NCBI GenBank assembly: GCA_041742965.1
Contig: JBGTNQ010000003.1
Span: 12,483 to 76,482 of the forward strand
Length of the DNA: 64,000 bases
Direction of reading: 5' to 3'
From: Minisyncoccia bacterium
GTDB taxonomy: Bacteria > Patescibacteriota > Minisyncoccia > Phycocordibacterales > Zambryskibacteraceae
Numbering within the stretch: position 1 is the stretch's first letter; each line of letters begins with the position of its first letter. The translations under genes were made by a program, and so were the position numbers. Below, in pieces: positions 10,516-18,377 of this stretch. Under the pieces are notes generated by a model. That model was not told the origin of the DNA. It worked only from the letters and a program-made list of their open reading frames with translations, and did not search any database.

Positions 10516-10908
10516 ATGGACTCTACCAATGAATTTTCTTTTATATTAAAACCCTCAGAGCATGGGGTTGGAGTTTTTGCCACGCAGGATATTAAACAAG
10601 GAACACACCTGAGATTATTTGGGGATAATGAAGTGGTTAATTTGAAAGCATTAGAAAGAGAGAAAGAATCTGTTCCCGAGTTTTATCAAGAACATTGTTT
10701 AAATAGGGGAGACAAACTTATTTGTCCTCAAGATTTTGGACACATGCACATTGGTTGGTATTTAAATCACTCTAATAATTACAACGCTATTCCTGATGAA
10801 GTATATGAATGGTATGCATCAAGAGATATAAAATCTGGAGAGGAGATTCTTGTTGACTACAATACACTTGATGAACCAGACGAGTCTAAAGCTGATTACT
10901 ACAAATAA
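10516..10908 (+). CDS. SET-domain protein (putative protein-lysine methyltransferase) (cassette 3)
   Basis: GVGVFATQDIKQGTHL, NHSNNYN (NHSxxPN-like) and GEEILVDY motifs. Confidence 0.7.
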   Translation: MDSTNEFSFILKPSEHGVGVFATQDIKQGTHLRLFGDNEVVNLKALEREKESVPEFYQEHCLNRGDKLICPQDFGHMHIGWYLNHSNNYNAIPDEVYEWYASRDIKSGEEILVDYNTLDEPDESKADYYK

Positions 10909-10938
10909 TAGTTCTAACCTCCTCCACCAAGTTGCGCA

Positions 10939-11129
10939 TAAAACAAACTGTCCCGGACGCGAAAGCGTTCGGGCAGTATTGTTTTACAGTGACGCCGGAC
11001 TTGAAAGACGGAGGCCGCGAAGCCGTCCTGAGCTTTGCGAAGGGCGAGGCCGAGTCCGGGCAGGAGCCACTTATGACCCCGCTATGGCGGGGGAATTAGT
11101 GAGCTGACGCCAAGTCCGGTCGCCCGCGC
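10939..11129 (+). other. Second copy of the ~190-nt structured element, internal to the cassette array
   Basis: One mismatch relative to 8944-9135. It is preceded by the degenerate tRNA-Asp 3'-end-like motif CCACCAAGTTGCGCA and ends in GCCAAGTCCGGTCGCCCGCGC. Confidence 0.6.
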
Positions 11130-11200
11130 TGATGAGATTTTCACCATTAAATCCTTTAACCATAAGGATTTTTTGGTTCTAACCTGGTATTATTTTAGGT

Positions 11201-11728
11201 ATGAAATATATGAAGTTTATTAGAATTTTTCTCCTAGTTTTAATTGTTATTGGATTGGGACTGATTGCTACTCAAAAAATGTGGGTACCGAAGCTTGTAA
11301 CTCAAATATTGAACCGAGGGGACATGGTAGTTAACAAAGAGATTATTCCAGATGAGGCATCAGCCTTCGGAGATATATCTGGAGATAATAAGATTGTTGT
11401 TTCTGGAGTGTATAGTTACAATCAATTTATTGGCACTCTTCCATCACTAGATTTTTACGTTGATGAAGTCACCGCACATTTGATACCCCGAGGATTTGAT
11501 GATGATCGAATTCCGTGGTTTGGGATTTTAAATCAGGAGAAGGCTATGGCCTTATTGGGGATTAGTTCTAAAGAATTAGGAGGGAATATCTGTGAGATTA
11601 AAGGGAATGCAGAAATAGAGATATCAAAATACTTAATCTATCGAGGGGAGTCCGAGGGAAAAGATGGAGCGACTCTAACAAAATTGTTGAAGGTTAGCCC
11701 TCCCACCTATATCAATTGTACAAATTAG
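11201..11728 (+). CDS. Hypothetical membrane-anchored/secreted protein (cassette 4)
   Basis: N-terminal TM/signal MKYMKFIRIFLLVLIVIGLGLIA; no recognisable domain. Confidence 0.5.
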   Translation: MKYMKFIRIFLLVLIVIGLGLIATQKMWVPKLVTQILNRGDMVVNKEIIPDEASAFGDISGDNKIVVSGVYSYNQFIGTLPSLDFYVDEVTAHLIPRGFDDDRIPWFGILNQEKAMALLGISSKELGGNICEIKGNAEIEISKYLIYRGESEGKDGATLTKLLKVSPPTYINCTN

Positions 11729-11836
11729 GTTGGTTCTAACATCCTCCACCAAGTTGCGCATCGAGAAAAATAGAGCTAATAATATGGCTCTATTTTTTAT
11801 ACTGATGGGATTTCAGAACCGTGATAATATTTTGGT

Positions 11837-12733
11837 GTGATAAATCTAATTGGATTACAGAAAAATGTATCTCTAGCACCCCATACCACTTATAAAATTG
11901 GCGGAGTCGCAGATTATTTTATTGTCGCTAAATCAAAAGAAGACCTCATTAATGCAGTTTTGATAGCAAAGAAAAATGAGATTCCTTATTTTATTCTAGG
12001 GTCTGGAGCAAATATTCTTGTTGGTGATAAAGGATTCAGGGGTCTGGTTATAAAAAATGAATCAAAAAAAATCACTTTCGATAAAACATTTGTAACAGTA
12101 GATAGCGGGGTTATTTTATTAGATTTGATTAAAGAAACCTTGGTGCACAGCCTGTCTGGTTTAGAACATTTTGCTGGGATTCCTAGTACTATAGGAGGTG
12201 CTTTGTGGCAAAATCTTCACTTCCTTTCTCCAGATAGGCAAACAACATTATTTATTGAATCAGTTATTGATTCAGCTGAGATAATGGATGAAGATGGTGA
12301 CTTAAAGAAAGTGGATAAAAGCTTCTTTAATTTTAGTTATGACTACAGTATTTTGCACGACAGAAAATTATTGGTGACTGAAGCAACTTTTTCTCTTGAG
12401 CCAAAAGATAAAAATTTGATAAAGAATCAAATAGAAGAGAATTTAAGGTGGAGAAATAAAAAACAGCCGCAGCTAGATGAGTTCCCCTCCTGTGGTTCTG
12501 TATTTAAAAAGATAGATGGAGTCGGGGCAGGGAGGCTCATTGATGAAGTTGGACTAAAGGGACATCAAATTGGAGGAGCGCAAATATCAAACAAACATGC
12601 GAATTACATAGTGAATTTAGGAAACGCAAGCGCCCAAGACGTGTTAGATATCATAACTCTAGTTCAGAATAAGGTAAGGTCAGAATTAGGACATGCCCTA
12701 GAGACTGAAATAAGTTTTATTGGAGAATTTTAA
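11837..12733 (+). CDS. murB: UDP-N-acetylenolpyruvoylglucosamine reductase (cassette 5)
   Basis: FAD-binding N-terminus (APHTTYKIGGVADYF...ILGSGANIL) and a MurB C-terminal domain; GTG start. Confidence 0.85.
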   Translation: MINLIGLQKNVSLAPHTTYKIGGVADYFIVAKSKEDLINAVLIAKKNEIPYFILGSGANILVGDKGFRGLVIKNESKKITFDKTFVTVDSGVILLDLIKETLVHSLSGLEHFAGIPSTIGGALWQNLHFLSPDRQTTLFIESVIDSAEIMDEDGDLKKVDKSFFNFSYDYSILHDRKLLVTEATFSLEPKDKNLIKNQIEENLRWRNKKQPQLDEFPSCGSVFKKIDGVGAGRLIDEVGLKGHQIGGAQISNKHANYIVNLGNASAQDVLDIITLVQNKVRSELGHALETEISFIGEF

Positions 12734-12845
12734 TTGTATAGCAGTTCTAACTTCCTCCACTAAGTTGCGCATAGAAAAAAGTAGGGCTAATAATATGGCT
12801 CTATTTTTTATACTGATGGGATTTTAGAACTGATATACTTTTATT

Positions 12846-13571
12846 ATGAAAATCATATCTTTGAATACATGGGGAGGACGTATTCATGAACCACTCTTAA
12901 ATTTTTTCGAGAAGCACAAAGACGCTGATATTTTTTGTCTACAAGAGATTTACCACGAAGCTAGAGGAAAGGAGAATGATGACGAGTATCAAAATGACGC
13001 CCACAATCTTTTTATAGATATTCGAAACATATTAAATAATCATAAAGGATATTTTAGACCTGCGGTCGGTGATTACTACGGTTTAGCGATATTTGTTAAA
13101 AATGACATACACGTAGAGCAAGAAGGCGACATATCTATATACTCTGTCGAAGAATATAAAGGTGGTGGTAATCACTCAAGAAATCTCCAATACATTAAAC
13201 TTATAGACAAGGAGAGTAAACTCCTGGTAGCCAACGTGCATGGGATTTGGAATGGTAAAGGGAAAACAGATACCCCAGAGAGGCTAGAGCAATCTAAAAG
13301 GATAAAGGAGTTTCTTAATGAAATGAACAGCAAAACAGTATTGTGTGGAGATTTCAATCTTTTACCAGATACTAAAAGTGTGAAAATTTTAGAGGAGGAT
13401 ATGGAAAATTTGGTTAAAGAATATGGAGTAAGTACCACCAGGAGTAGTTATTACACTAAACCAGAGAAATTTGCCGATTATATTTTTGTTACATCAGGTA
13501 TTAAGGTCAAGGATTTTAAGGTCTTACAAGATGAGGTGTCTGACCACCTACCTTTGTTAGTCGAGTTCTAA
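12846..13571 (+). CDS. Endonuclease/exonuclease/phosphatase (EEP) family protein (cassette 6)
   Basis: ISLNTWGG...FCLQEI...NVHG...SDHLPLLVEF, the hallmark motifs of the EEP fold. Confidence 0.7.
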   Translation: MKIISLNTWGGRIHEPLLNFFEKHKDADIFCLQEIYHEARGKENDDEYQNDAHNLFIDIRNILNNHKGYFRPAVGDYYGLAIFVKNDIHVEQEGDISIYSVEEYKGGGNHSRNLQYIKLIDKESKLLVANVHGIWNGKGKTDTPERLEQSKRIKEFLNEMNSKTVLCGDFNLLPDTKSVKILEEDMENLVKEYGVSTTRSSYYTKPEKFADYIFVTSGIKVKDFKVLQDEVSDHLPLLVEF

Positions 13572-13737
13572 CGCCATGCATTCGCTTTGCTCAGCACCTT
13601 CGGTCCACTAGGTTGCGCAACAAACAAAAACATTAGATCTTGTGTCTAGTGTTTTTGTTTTGCAAAAAGCTTTGAAATTCTATAATATTTAAGCCGTTCT
13701 TTTGAATTGTGCGCCAGTGTATATGTTTTGTTAGTTT

Positions 13738-14000
13738 GCCAATGTAGCTCAGTTGGTAGAGCACCCCCATGGTGGATCGTAAGATTCTGCCCAGCCAAAA
13801 GGTAACTTTTGGATGAATCCCGAATAACGGTTAAAGTCCTACAAAGGGATAAGACCGTGGCCCTGAAATATCTGAAGGGCCCGAACGACTGACAAGGGTT
13901 CGCCCAAGGCGAAAAGATACAGTCTAGTCCTCTCATATAAATAAAAGAGAGGTGTAAACGAAGGGGGAGGTCATCGGTTCGATCCCGATCATTGGCTCCA
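13738..14000 (+). tRNA. tRNA-Thr (anticodon GGU) interrupted by a ~187-nt group-I-like intron between positions 36 and 37; CCA encoded
   Basis: Exon 1 (13738-13773) is GCCAAUG-UA-GCUC-AGUUGGUA-GAGC-A-CCCCC-AUGGU. Exon 2 (13961-14000) is AA-GGGGG-AGGUC-AUCGG-UUCGAUC-CCGAU-CAUUGGC-U-CCA. The intron spans 13774-13960, with a U at the exon-1 end, a terminal G and an AAGAUACAGUCUAGUCC P7/P9.0-like stretch. Confidence 0.7.
13774..13960 (+). ncRNA. Putative group I intron in the tRNA-Thr anticodon loop
   Basis: Insertion 3' of anticodon nucleotide 36, the position used by the tRNA-Ile and tRNA-Arg introns of proteobacteria. The exon ends in U and the intron ends in G. An HNH endonuclease gene lies immediately downstream. 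Confidence 0.55.
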
Positions 14001-14077
14001 AAACTAGACCTTTTAGTTATCAACTGTTGACCACTTTTTAATTTGAGTGTGGTCTTTGGCCGAGCTATGATTAATAA

Positions 14078-14530
14078 ATGGCTAACCCAAAAAAACCGCG
14101 CCCCAAGTGTCCGACATGTGGCAAAGAGCCTGCTCGGTCATTCTACAAATATTGTAGTAATAGATGTCAGCAGGAATATCAGCGTGCGCGTTATCTTAGG
14201 GAATGGAAGGCCGGGAAAAGAAGTGGCCTGCAAACTATAGGAATTGTCACGGTGACAATAAAACGTTACCTTAGAGAAAAATTCGGGGATAAATGTTGTA
14301 TTTGTGGTTGGTCGAAAGTTAACCCAAAAACCGGGAAGGTCCCATTGGTCGCTGACCACATTGATGGGAATTGGCGCAATAATGCAGAAGAAAACCTTCG
14401 TTTGATATGTCCAAATTGCGATGCATTATTGCCAACGTTTTCCGCGCTAAATAAAGGTAATGGCAGGGAAAATAGGGCGCCAAGAAAAAGAACTCAAGAA
14501 GCGACGGAGTTTTTAAAAAAGCCAAAGTAG
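14078..14530 (+). CDS. HNH homing-endonuclease-like protein
   Basis: CPTCG...CSNRC zinc ribbon followed by CCICGWS...VPLVADHIDGNWRNNAEENLRLICPNCD, an HNH motif with a flanking CxxC pair. Confidence 0.8.
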   Translation: MANPKKPRPKCPTCGKEPARSFYKYCSNRCQQEYQRARYLREWKAGKRSGLQTIGIVTVTIKRYLREKFGDKCCICGWSKVNPKTGKVPLVADHIDGNWRNNAEENLRLICPNCDALLPTFSALNKGNGRENRAPRKRTQEATEFLKKPK

Positions 14531-14591
14531 TTCAGTGGTAGAACACTGCTTTCGTAAAGCAGGAACGCGAGTCCGATTCTCGCCTTTGGCT
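14521..14591 (+). tRNA. tRNA-Thr (anticodon CGU)
   Basis: Acceptor GCCAAAG/CUUUGGC, D-arm GUUC-AGUGGUA-GAAC, anticodon loop UUCGUAA. Its 5' end overlaps the last three codons of the HNH ORF. Confidence 0.85.
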
Positions 14592-14874
14592 CTAGTTTTG
14601 TTTGTTTTAATGATAAAAATCTGTATTCTGTAGGAACGGGGGAGCAAGCCTTCTCCGTCAGAGAATTGGCCCGACTCAATCGGCAATAAGCACAGAGGGC
14701 TCTGTTCGTGGTCCATATTGAACGGTGGTCTGTGCACTGCTCGGCGGGATTAGACACCTCGCTAAAATCAATTGGATTGGCAGTACGTCCGCAAGGTCGA
14801 AACTGTCTCAAGACACGGACAGGGGGCGCCGATACACCACTCGGCGTCCCTTTTCATTTGCTATAATCACACTT

Positions 14875-15750
14875 GTGACCAAAGAAGAGATACAAAAAAA
14901 GATTGAGGAACTTGAAGCGACTATGAGCTCGCCAGATTTTTGGTCTGACAAAGACAAGGCCCAGAGAACTATAAAAGAAATTCAAGATCTAAAAGACGAC
15001 CTACTGGGTGTGGGAAAATATGACAAGGAAGACGCCATCATGACGATATTTTCTGGTGCAGGAGGAGATGATGCAGAAGATTTCTCTTCCATACTTCTAG
15101 ATATGTATTTGAAATATATTCAGAGTAAGGGGTGGAAGACAGCCCTTATACACGAAAACAAAAATGACCACGGCGGTTTTCGCAATGTAACTATAGAAAT
15201 TTCTGGCAAAAATGTTTATGGAACATTGAAAAATGAATCCGGAGTGCACCGGCTCGTGCGCGTTTCACCATTTAATGCAAAGCAGTTGAGACATACTTCT
15301 TTTTCAATGGTTGAGGTGATACCAAGATTTGAAAAAACAGGAGAACTAGAAATTCCAGAGTCTGATATCCGTGTGGAACTTTCGAAGTCAGGTGGCCCAG
15401 GTGGACAAAATGTAAACAAGCGAGAGACAGCGGTGAGGGTCATACATATACCGACGAACCTTTCTGTCCATGTGACGAGCGAGCGGTCGCAGGGTCAGAA
15501 CAAAGAAAAGGCCATCGCCATTCTTCACGGCAAACTTTATAAACATCTTGAGGAAGAGAGAATCGCAAAAGAAAAGGGTATGTATATTTCCAAAAGTACT
15601 CAAATAGAATGGGGTAATCAAATACGGTCCTATGTCTTTCATCCATACAAAATGGTCAAAGACCATAGAACTAATGTAGAAACTTCAGATGTTGAATCCG
15701 TTCTTGAAGGGGAGATAGATGAGTTTATAGAAGCGGAGAAAGAGCTGTAG
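14875..15750 (+). CDS. prfB: Peptide chain release factor 2 (no programmed frameshift apparent)
   Basis: SPF tripeptide (VRVSPFNAKQ), GGQ motif (SGGPGGQNVNK) and an RF2-like N-domain. The start is set at a GTG 8 nt after a TATAAT box; the upstream in-frame extension is GC-rich and Arg-rich and unlike RF2. Confidence 0.75.
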   Translation: MTKEEIQKKIEELEATMSSPDFWSDKDKAQRTIKEIQDLKDDLLGVGKYDKEDAIMTIFSGAGGDDAEDFSSILLDMYLKYIQSKGWKTALIHENKNDHGGFRNVTIEISGKNVYGTLKNESGVHRLVRVSPFNAKQLRHTSFSMVEVIPRFEKTGELEIPESDIRVELSKSGGPGGQNVNKRETAVRVIHIPTNLSVHVTSERSQGQNKEKAIAILHGKLYKHLEEERIAKEKGMYISKSTQIEWGNQIRSYVFHPYKMVKDHRTNVETSDVESVLEGEIDEFIEAEKEL

Positions 15751-15884
15751 GGGGGAATAGGGAAAAAAGAAAGGAGAGTAATGATGAATAATGATTAAGG
15801 CAGGCACAAAAACCCCTCGTTGTAATCAATTCTCACCTTTCTTTGTTGGTACTTGCCTATGTGATACAATACAGGGACGAATGA

Positions 15885-16031
15885 CCCTGCTTTAGTTTTG
15901 TTTGGCCGTTTTGAGCCGAACGCTTCCCGGGTTGAGGGCCGCACTATTCGTGCCCGCATTCGGAAAATTCTAAAAAATTCTGATATGATGTTGTGCGTAG
16001 TGACGGATTGTTCAGCAAAACTAAAGCGGGG
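15885..16031 (+). ncRNA. Candidate structured RNA / long structured 5' leader of ftsEX
   Basis: A 16-bp long-range closing stem (CCCUGCUUUAGUUUUG...CAAAACUAAAGCGGGG) encloses ~115 nt of GC-rich internally paired sequence. An extended -10 (TGtgaTACAAT) lies ~15 nt upstream. Confidence 0.3.
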
Positions 16032-16073
16032 TTAATTAATTTTCTAATCTCGCTTCACTCAATAACAAAATTA

Positions 16074-16754
16074 ATGATCTACTTTGATAAAGTTTCGAAA
16101 ATATATGCCGATGAGTCTATTGCTCTTCAGGATGTAACTTTTGTGGTTGAGCCACAAGAGTTTGTTTCTATAGTCGGCCATTCTGGAGCAGGAAAATCTA
16201 CACTTCTTAAACTTATTCTCGCCGAAGAGAGACCCTCCGATGGCAGGGTGTTTTTCGGTTCAACAGACATACATTCCTTAGATTCAAAAGTCGTTCCAGA
16301 GTTTCGTAGAAAGATAGGCGTGGTATTTCAAGATTTTCGTTTACTGCCAAATAAAAATGTCTATGAAAACATTGCTTTTAGTATGGAGGCGGCTGGTCGC
16401 ACAGATGAGGACATAGAGTCCGATGTTCCTCATGTATTAGAGCTTGTAGATTTGGGAAGAAAAATCTGGAGTTTCCCACATGAGCTTTCTGGTGGTGAAA
16501 AGCAAAGGGTAGCTATCGCTCGTGCTATTGTAAATCAGCCAGACATTATCATTGCTGATGAGCCAACAGGAAACTTAGATCCTGTAAATACATATGAGAT
16601 AGTACAGATTTTAAAAAAGATTAATGACCTTGGGACAACTGTTATCCTGACGACGCATAACAAAGGGGTTATAGATTCTCTTGGGCGTCGAGTCATCACT
16701 TTGGAAGATGGACAGGTGGTAAGAGATGATAAAGAGGGGAGATATGTCATTTGA
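16074..16754 (+). CDS. ftsE: Cell-division ABC transporter ATP-binding protein
   Basis: Walker A GHSGAGKST, ABC signature LSGGEKQR and Walker B IIIADEPTG. The start is at MIYFDKVSKIY; the ORF-track start at 15993 overlaps the structured leader. Confidence 0.85.
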   Translation: MIYFDKVSKIYADESIALQDVTFVVEPQEFVSIVGHSGAGKSTLLKLILAEERPSDGRVFFGSTDIHSLDSKVVPEFRRKIGVVFQDFRLLPNKNVYENIAFSMEAAGRTDEDIESDVPHVLELVDLGRKIWSFPHELSGGEKQRVAIARAIVNQPDIIIADEPTGNLDPVNTYEIVQILKKINDLGTTVILTTHNKGVIDSLGRRVITLEDGQVVRDDKEGRYVI

Positions 16755-16928
16755 AAATAATGAGCATGGGGAATATATTTTTAATGATCCCGCCTTCATT
16801 TGAAAGTTTGAAAAGATTAGCTGTTAGTAAGTTGATGAGGTAAAATATATAAACATATAAAATACAAAAATTAATGAAGGCGGGGCGATGATTTTCCAAA
16901 ACTCATTCCGTTTCGTTAAAAATCAATT

Positions 16929-17855
16929 ATGATTTGGGTAAATGTAAAAAGAATAATACGTAGCGGATTTTTTAACTTTTCTCGAAACACCTTTGTTTCG
17001 CTTTCTTCTGTTTTGGTGATGGTCATCACCCTCTCTACTATTGGCGGACTTATATTTCTATCCGCAATCCTCAATACCTCTTTGCAAGAAATAAGAAACA
17101 AGGTAGATGTAAATGTATATTTCGTCACCGCTGCCTCTGAGGACGATATTTTGGCAGTTCGCGCTGTTTTAGAGAAGTTACCAGAAATTGAGTCAATCTC
17201 ATATACTTCTCGTGAGCAGGCACTAGACGATTTTAGGAATCGGCACCAGAACGATGCCTTCACTCTCCAAGCGCTAGATGAGCTTGGTGAAAATCCCCTT
17301 GGAGCAAGCTTGAATATTAGGGCCAAAGACCCCTCACAGTACCAAGGGATTTCTGATTTTCTGGAATCAAATCCACCACTTGATACCGAAGGCTCGCCAA
17401 TTCTTGATAAGGTAAATTTTTATCAAAATAAAACCGCAATTGATAACCTTACGAAAATTATAAATGCGGCTGACAAGTTTGGTACCGCTTTCTCCCTTAT
17501 TCTGGTTGTTATTTCTATTTTGATAACCTTAAACACTATTCGCTTGGCAATTTATATTTCTCGTGAAGAGATTGCGGTTATGAGACTTGTCGGTGCTAGC
17601 TCTCGGTATATTCGTGGACCGTTCGTGGTCGTGGGTGTGATTTATGGCGCCGTAGCGGGCATTATCACACTCCTCACCTTTTATCCGATTACCTACTGGG
17701 TGGGGAATGCAACGGAAACCTTTTTCATCGGTCTAAATATTTTTACTTACTACACATCAAACTTCGGTCAAATATTCCTCATAATTATGCTTTCTGGTAT
17801 AGCTATCGGCGCTATTTCTAGTTATCTCGCAGTTAGAAAGTATTTGAAGATATAA
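16929..17855 (+). CDS. ftsX: Cell-division permease FtsX
   Basis: N-terminal TM helix, a periplasmic domain and three C-terminal TM helices, with ftsE immediately upstream. Confidence 0.85.
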   Translation: MIWVNVKRIIRSGFFNFSRNTFVSLSSVLVMVITLSTIGGLIFLSAILNTSLQEIRNKVDVNVYFVTAASEDDILAVRAVLEKLPEIESISYTSREQALDDFRNRHQNDAFTLQALDELGENPLGASLNIRAKDPSQYQGISDFLESNPPLDTEGSPILDKVNFYQNKTAIDNLTKIINAADKFGTAFSLILVVISILITLNTIRLAIYISREEIAVMRLVGASSRYIRGPFVVVGVIYGAVAGIITLLTFYPITYWVGNATETFFIGLNIFTYYTSNFGQIFLIIMLSGIAIGAISSYLAVRKYLKI

Positions 17856-17880
17856 GGCCCTTACTCGCGGAGATAGGGGA

Positions 17881-17912
17881 TTGACATATCAATCTAATTT
17901 GGTATAATTAAG
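17881..17912 (+). promoter_or_regulatory. Sigma70-like promoter (TTGACA-17-TATAAT) for the GC-rich ORF at 17956
   Basis: TTGACATATCAATCTAATTTGGTATAAT, followed by a GGAGGT Shine-Dalgarno sequence and a GTG start. Confidence 0.6.
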
Positions 17913-17955
17913 ATAGAAAACGAGTTCGGTCCAAACTTAACATCGGAGGTAACCC

Positions 17956-18300
17956 GTGGGGATTGAGGCATCAGCGTATTTCGGCACACATCAGGAGGAC
18001 GGGACAGTTTTCCCGTGCATAGTCTTGTCTGGCCGTCGCGGTAAGGTGCTTTTTGTTTCCAAGGATGGTGGTCACAAGGCGATTGGGTTGTTGTTGGGGT
18101 GCAGGCTTATCGACAAGTATGAGGCCGACCTGCTCACCCACGAGATTTCTTTATCCAGCATTCCTGATGATACCCACATCGAGGATGCTCTACTCGCCAT
18201 AGCTAATGTCGCTTTTGTGGCGACAGCTATGTCTCGGCCAGCCGTTGTTGAGTCTGTGAGGTCCCCGGTAACGCCGCCGAGCAAGGCCCACCTCAACTGA
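17956..18300 (+). CDS. Hypothetical protein in a GC-rich islet
   Basis: Strong promoter, SD and terminator; ~55% GC against a ~38% background; no recognisable domain. Confidence 0.5.
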   Translation: MGIEASAYFGTHQEDGTVFPCIVLSGRRGKVLFVSKDGGHKAIGLLLGCRLIDKYEADLLTHEISLSSIPDDTHIEDALLAIANVAFVATAMSRPAVVESVRSPVTPPSKAHLN

Positions 18301-18307
18301 TTTCCCG

Positions 18308-18350
18308 AAACCCCCGCCAGCGAGCTCGCTGGCGGGGGCGAAGTTTTTTA
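18308..18350 (+). terminator. Rho-independent terminator
   Basis: CCCCCGCCAGCGAGCUCGCUGGCGGGGG followed by a U-tract. Confidence 0.7.
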
Positions 18351-18377
18351 TTTGGTTTCAAAAAAATCAGGCGCGCA

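Noticed and set aside
11129-11136. A CUGAUGAG hammerhead-core-like motif right after the second structured-element copy.
   Set aside because: The first copy is followed by CAUCGAGAAA instead, so the motif is not conserved between copies and no stem I/II/III architecture is evident.
11729-11760. GGTTCTAAC...CCACCAAG tested as a tRNA T-arm/acceptor fragment.
   Set aside because: The T-loop consensus (TΨCRANY) and acceptor pairing are not satisfied. It is better explained as a decayed copy of the tRNA-Asp 3' end.
13646-14023. A 125-aa minus-strand ORF.
   Set aside because: It is antisense to the intron-containing tRNA-Thr gene.
14680-14720. GGGCUCUGUUCGUGG resembles the 5' end of E. coli 4.5S (SRP) RNA.
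   Set aside because: No complementary 3' strand and no GGAA-capped helix 8 motif were found, and the similarity is explained by a local CAGAG/CUCUG palindrome.
14860-14880. CTT GTG ACC resembles the RF2 frameshift site CUU UGA C.
   Set aside because: It is read in frame as L-V-T with no stop and no upstream SD-like stimulator, so no frameshift is required.
15993-16073. The ORF-track start of ftsE at GTG 15993.
   Set aside because: The N-terminal 27 aa overlap the structured leader and are unlike FtsE. The conserved FtsE N-terminus begins at ATG 16074.
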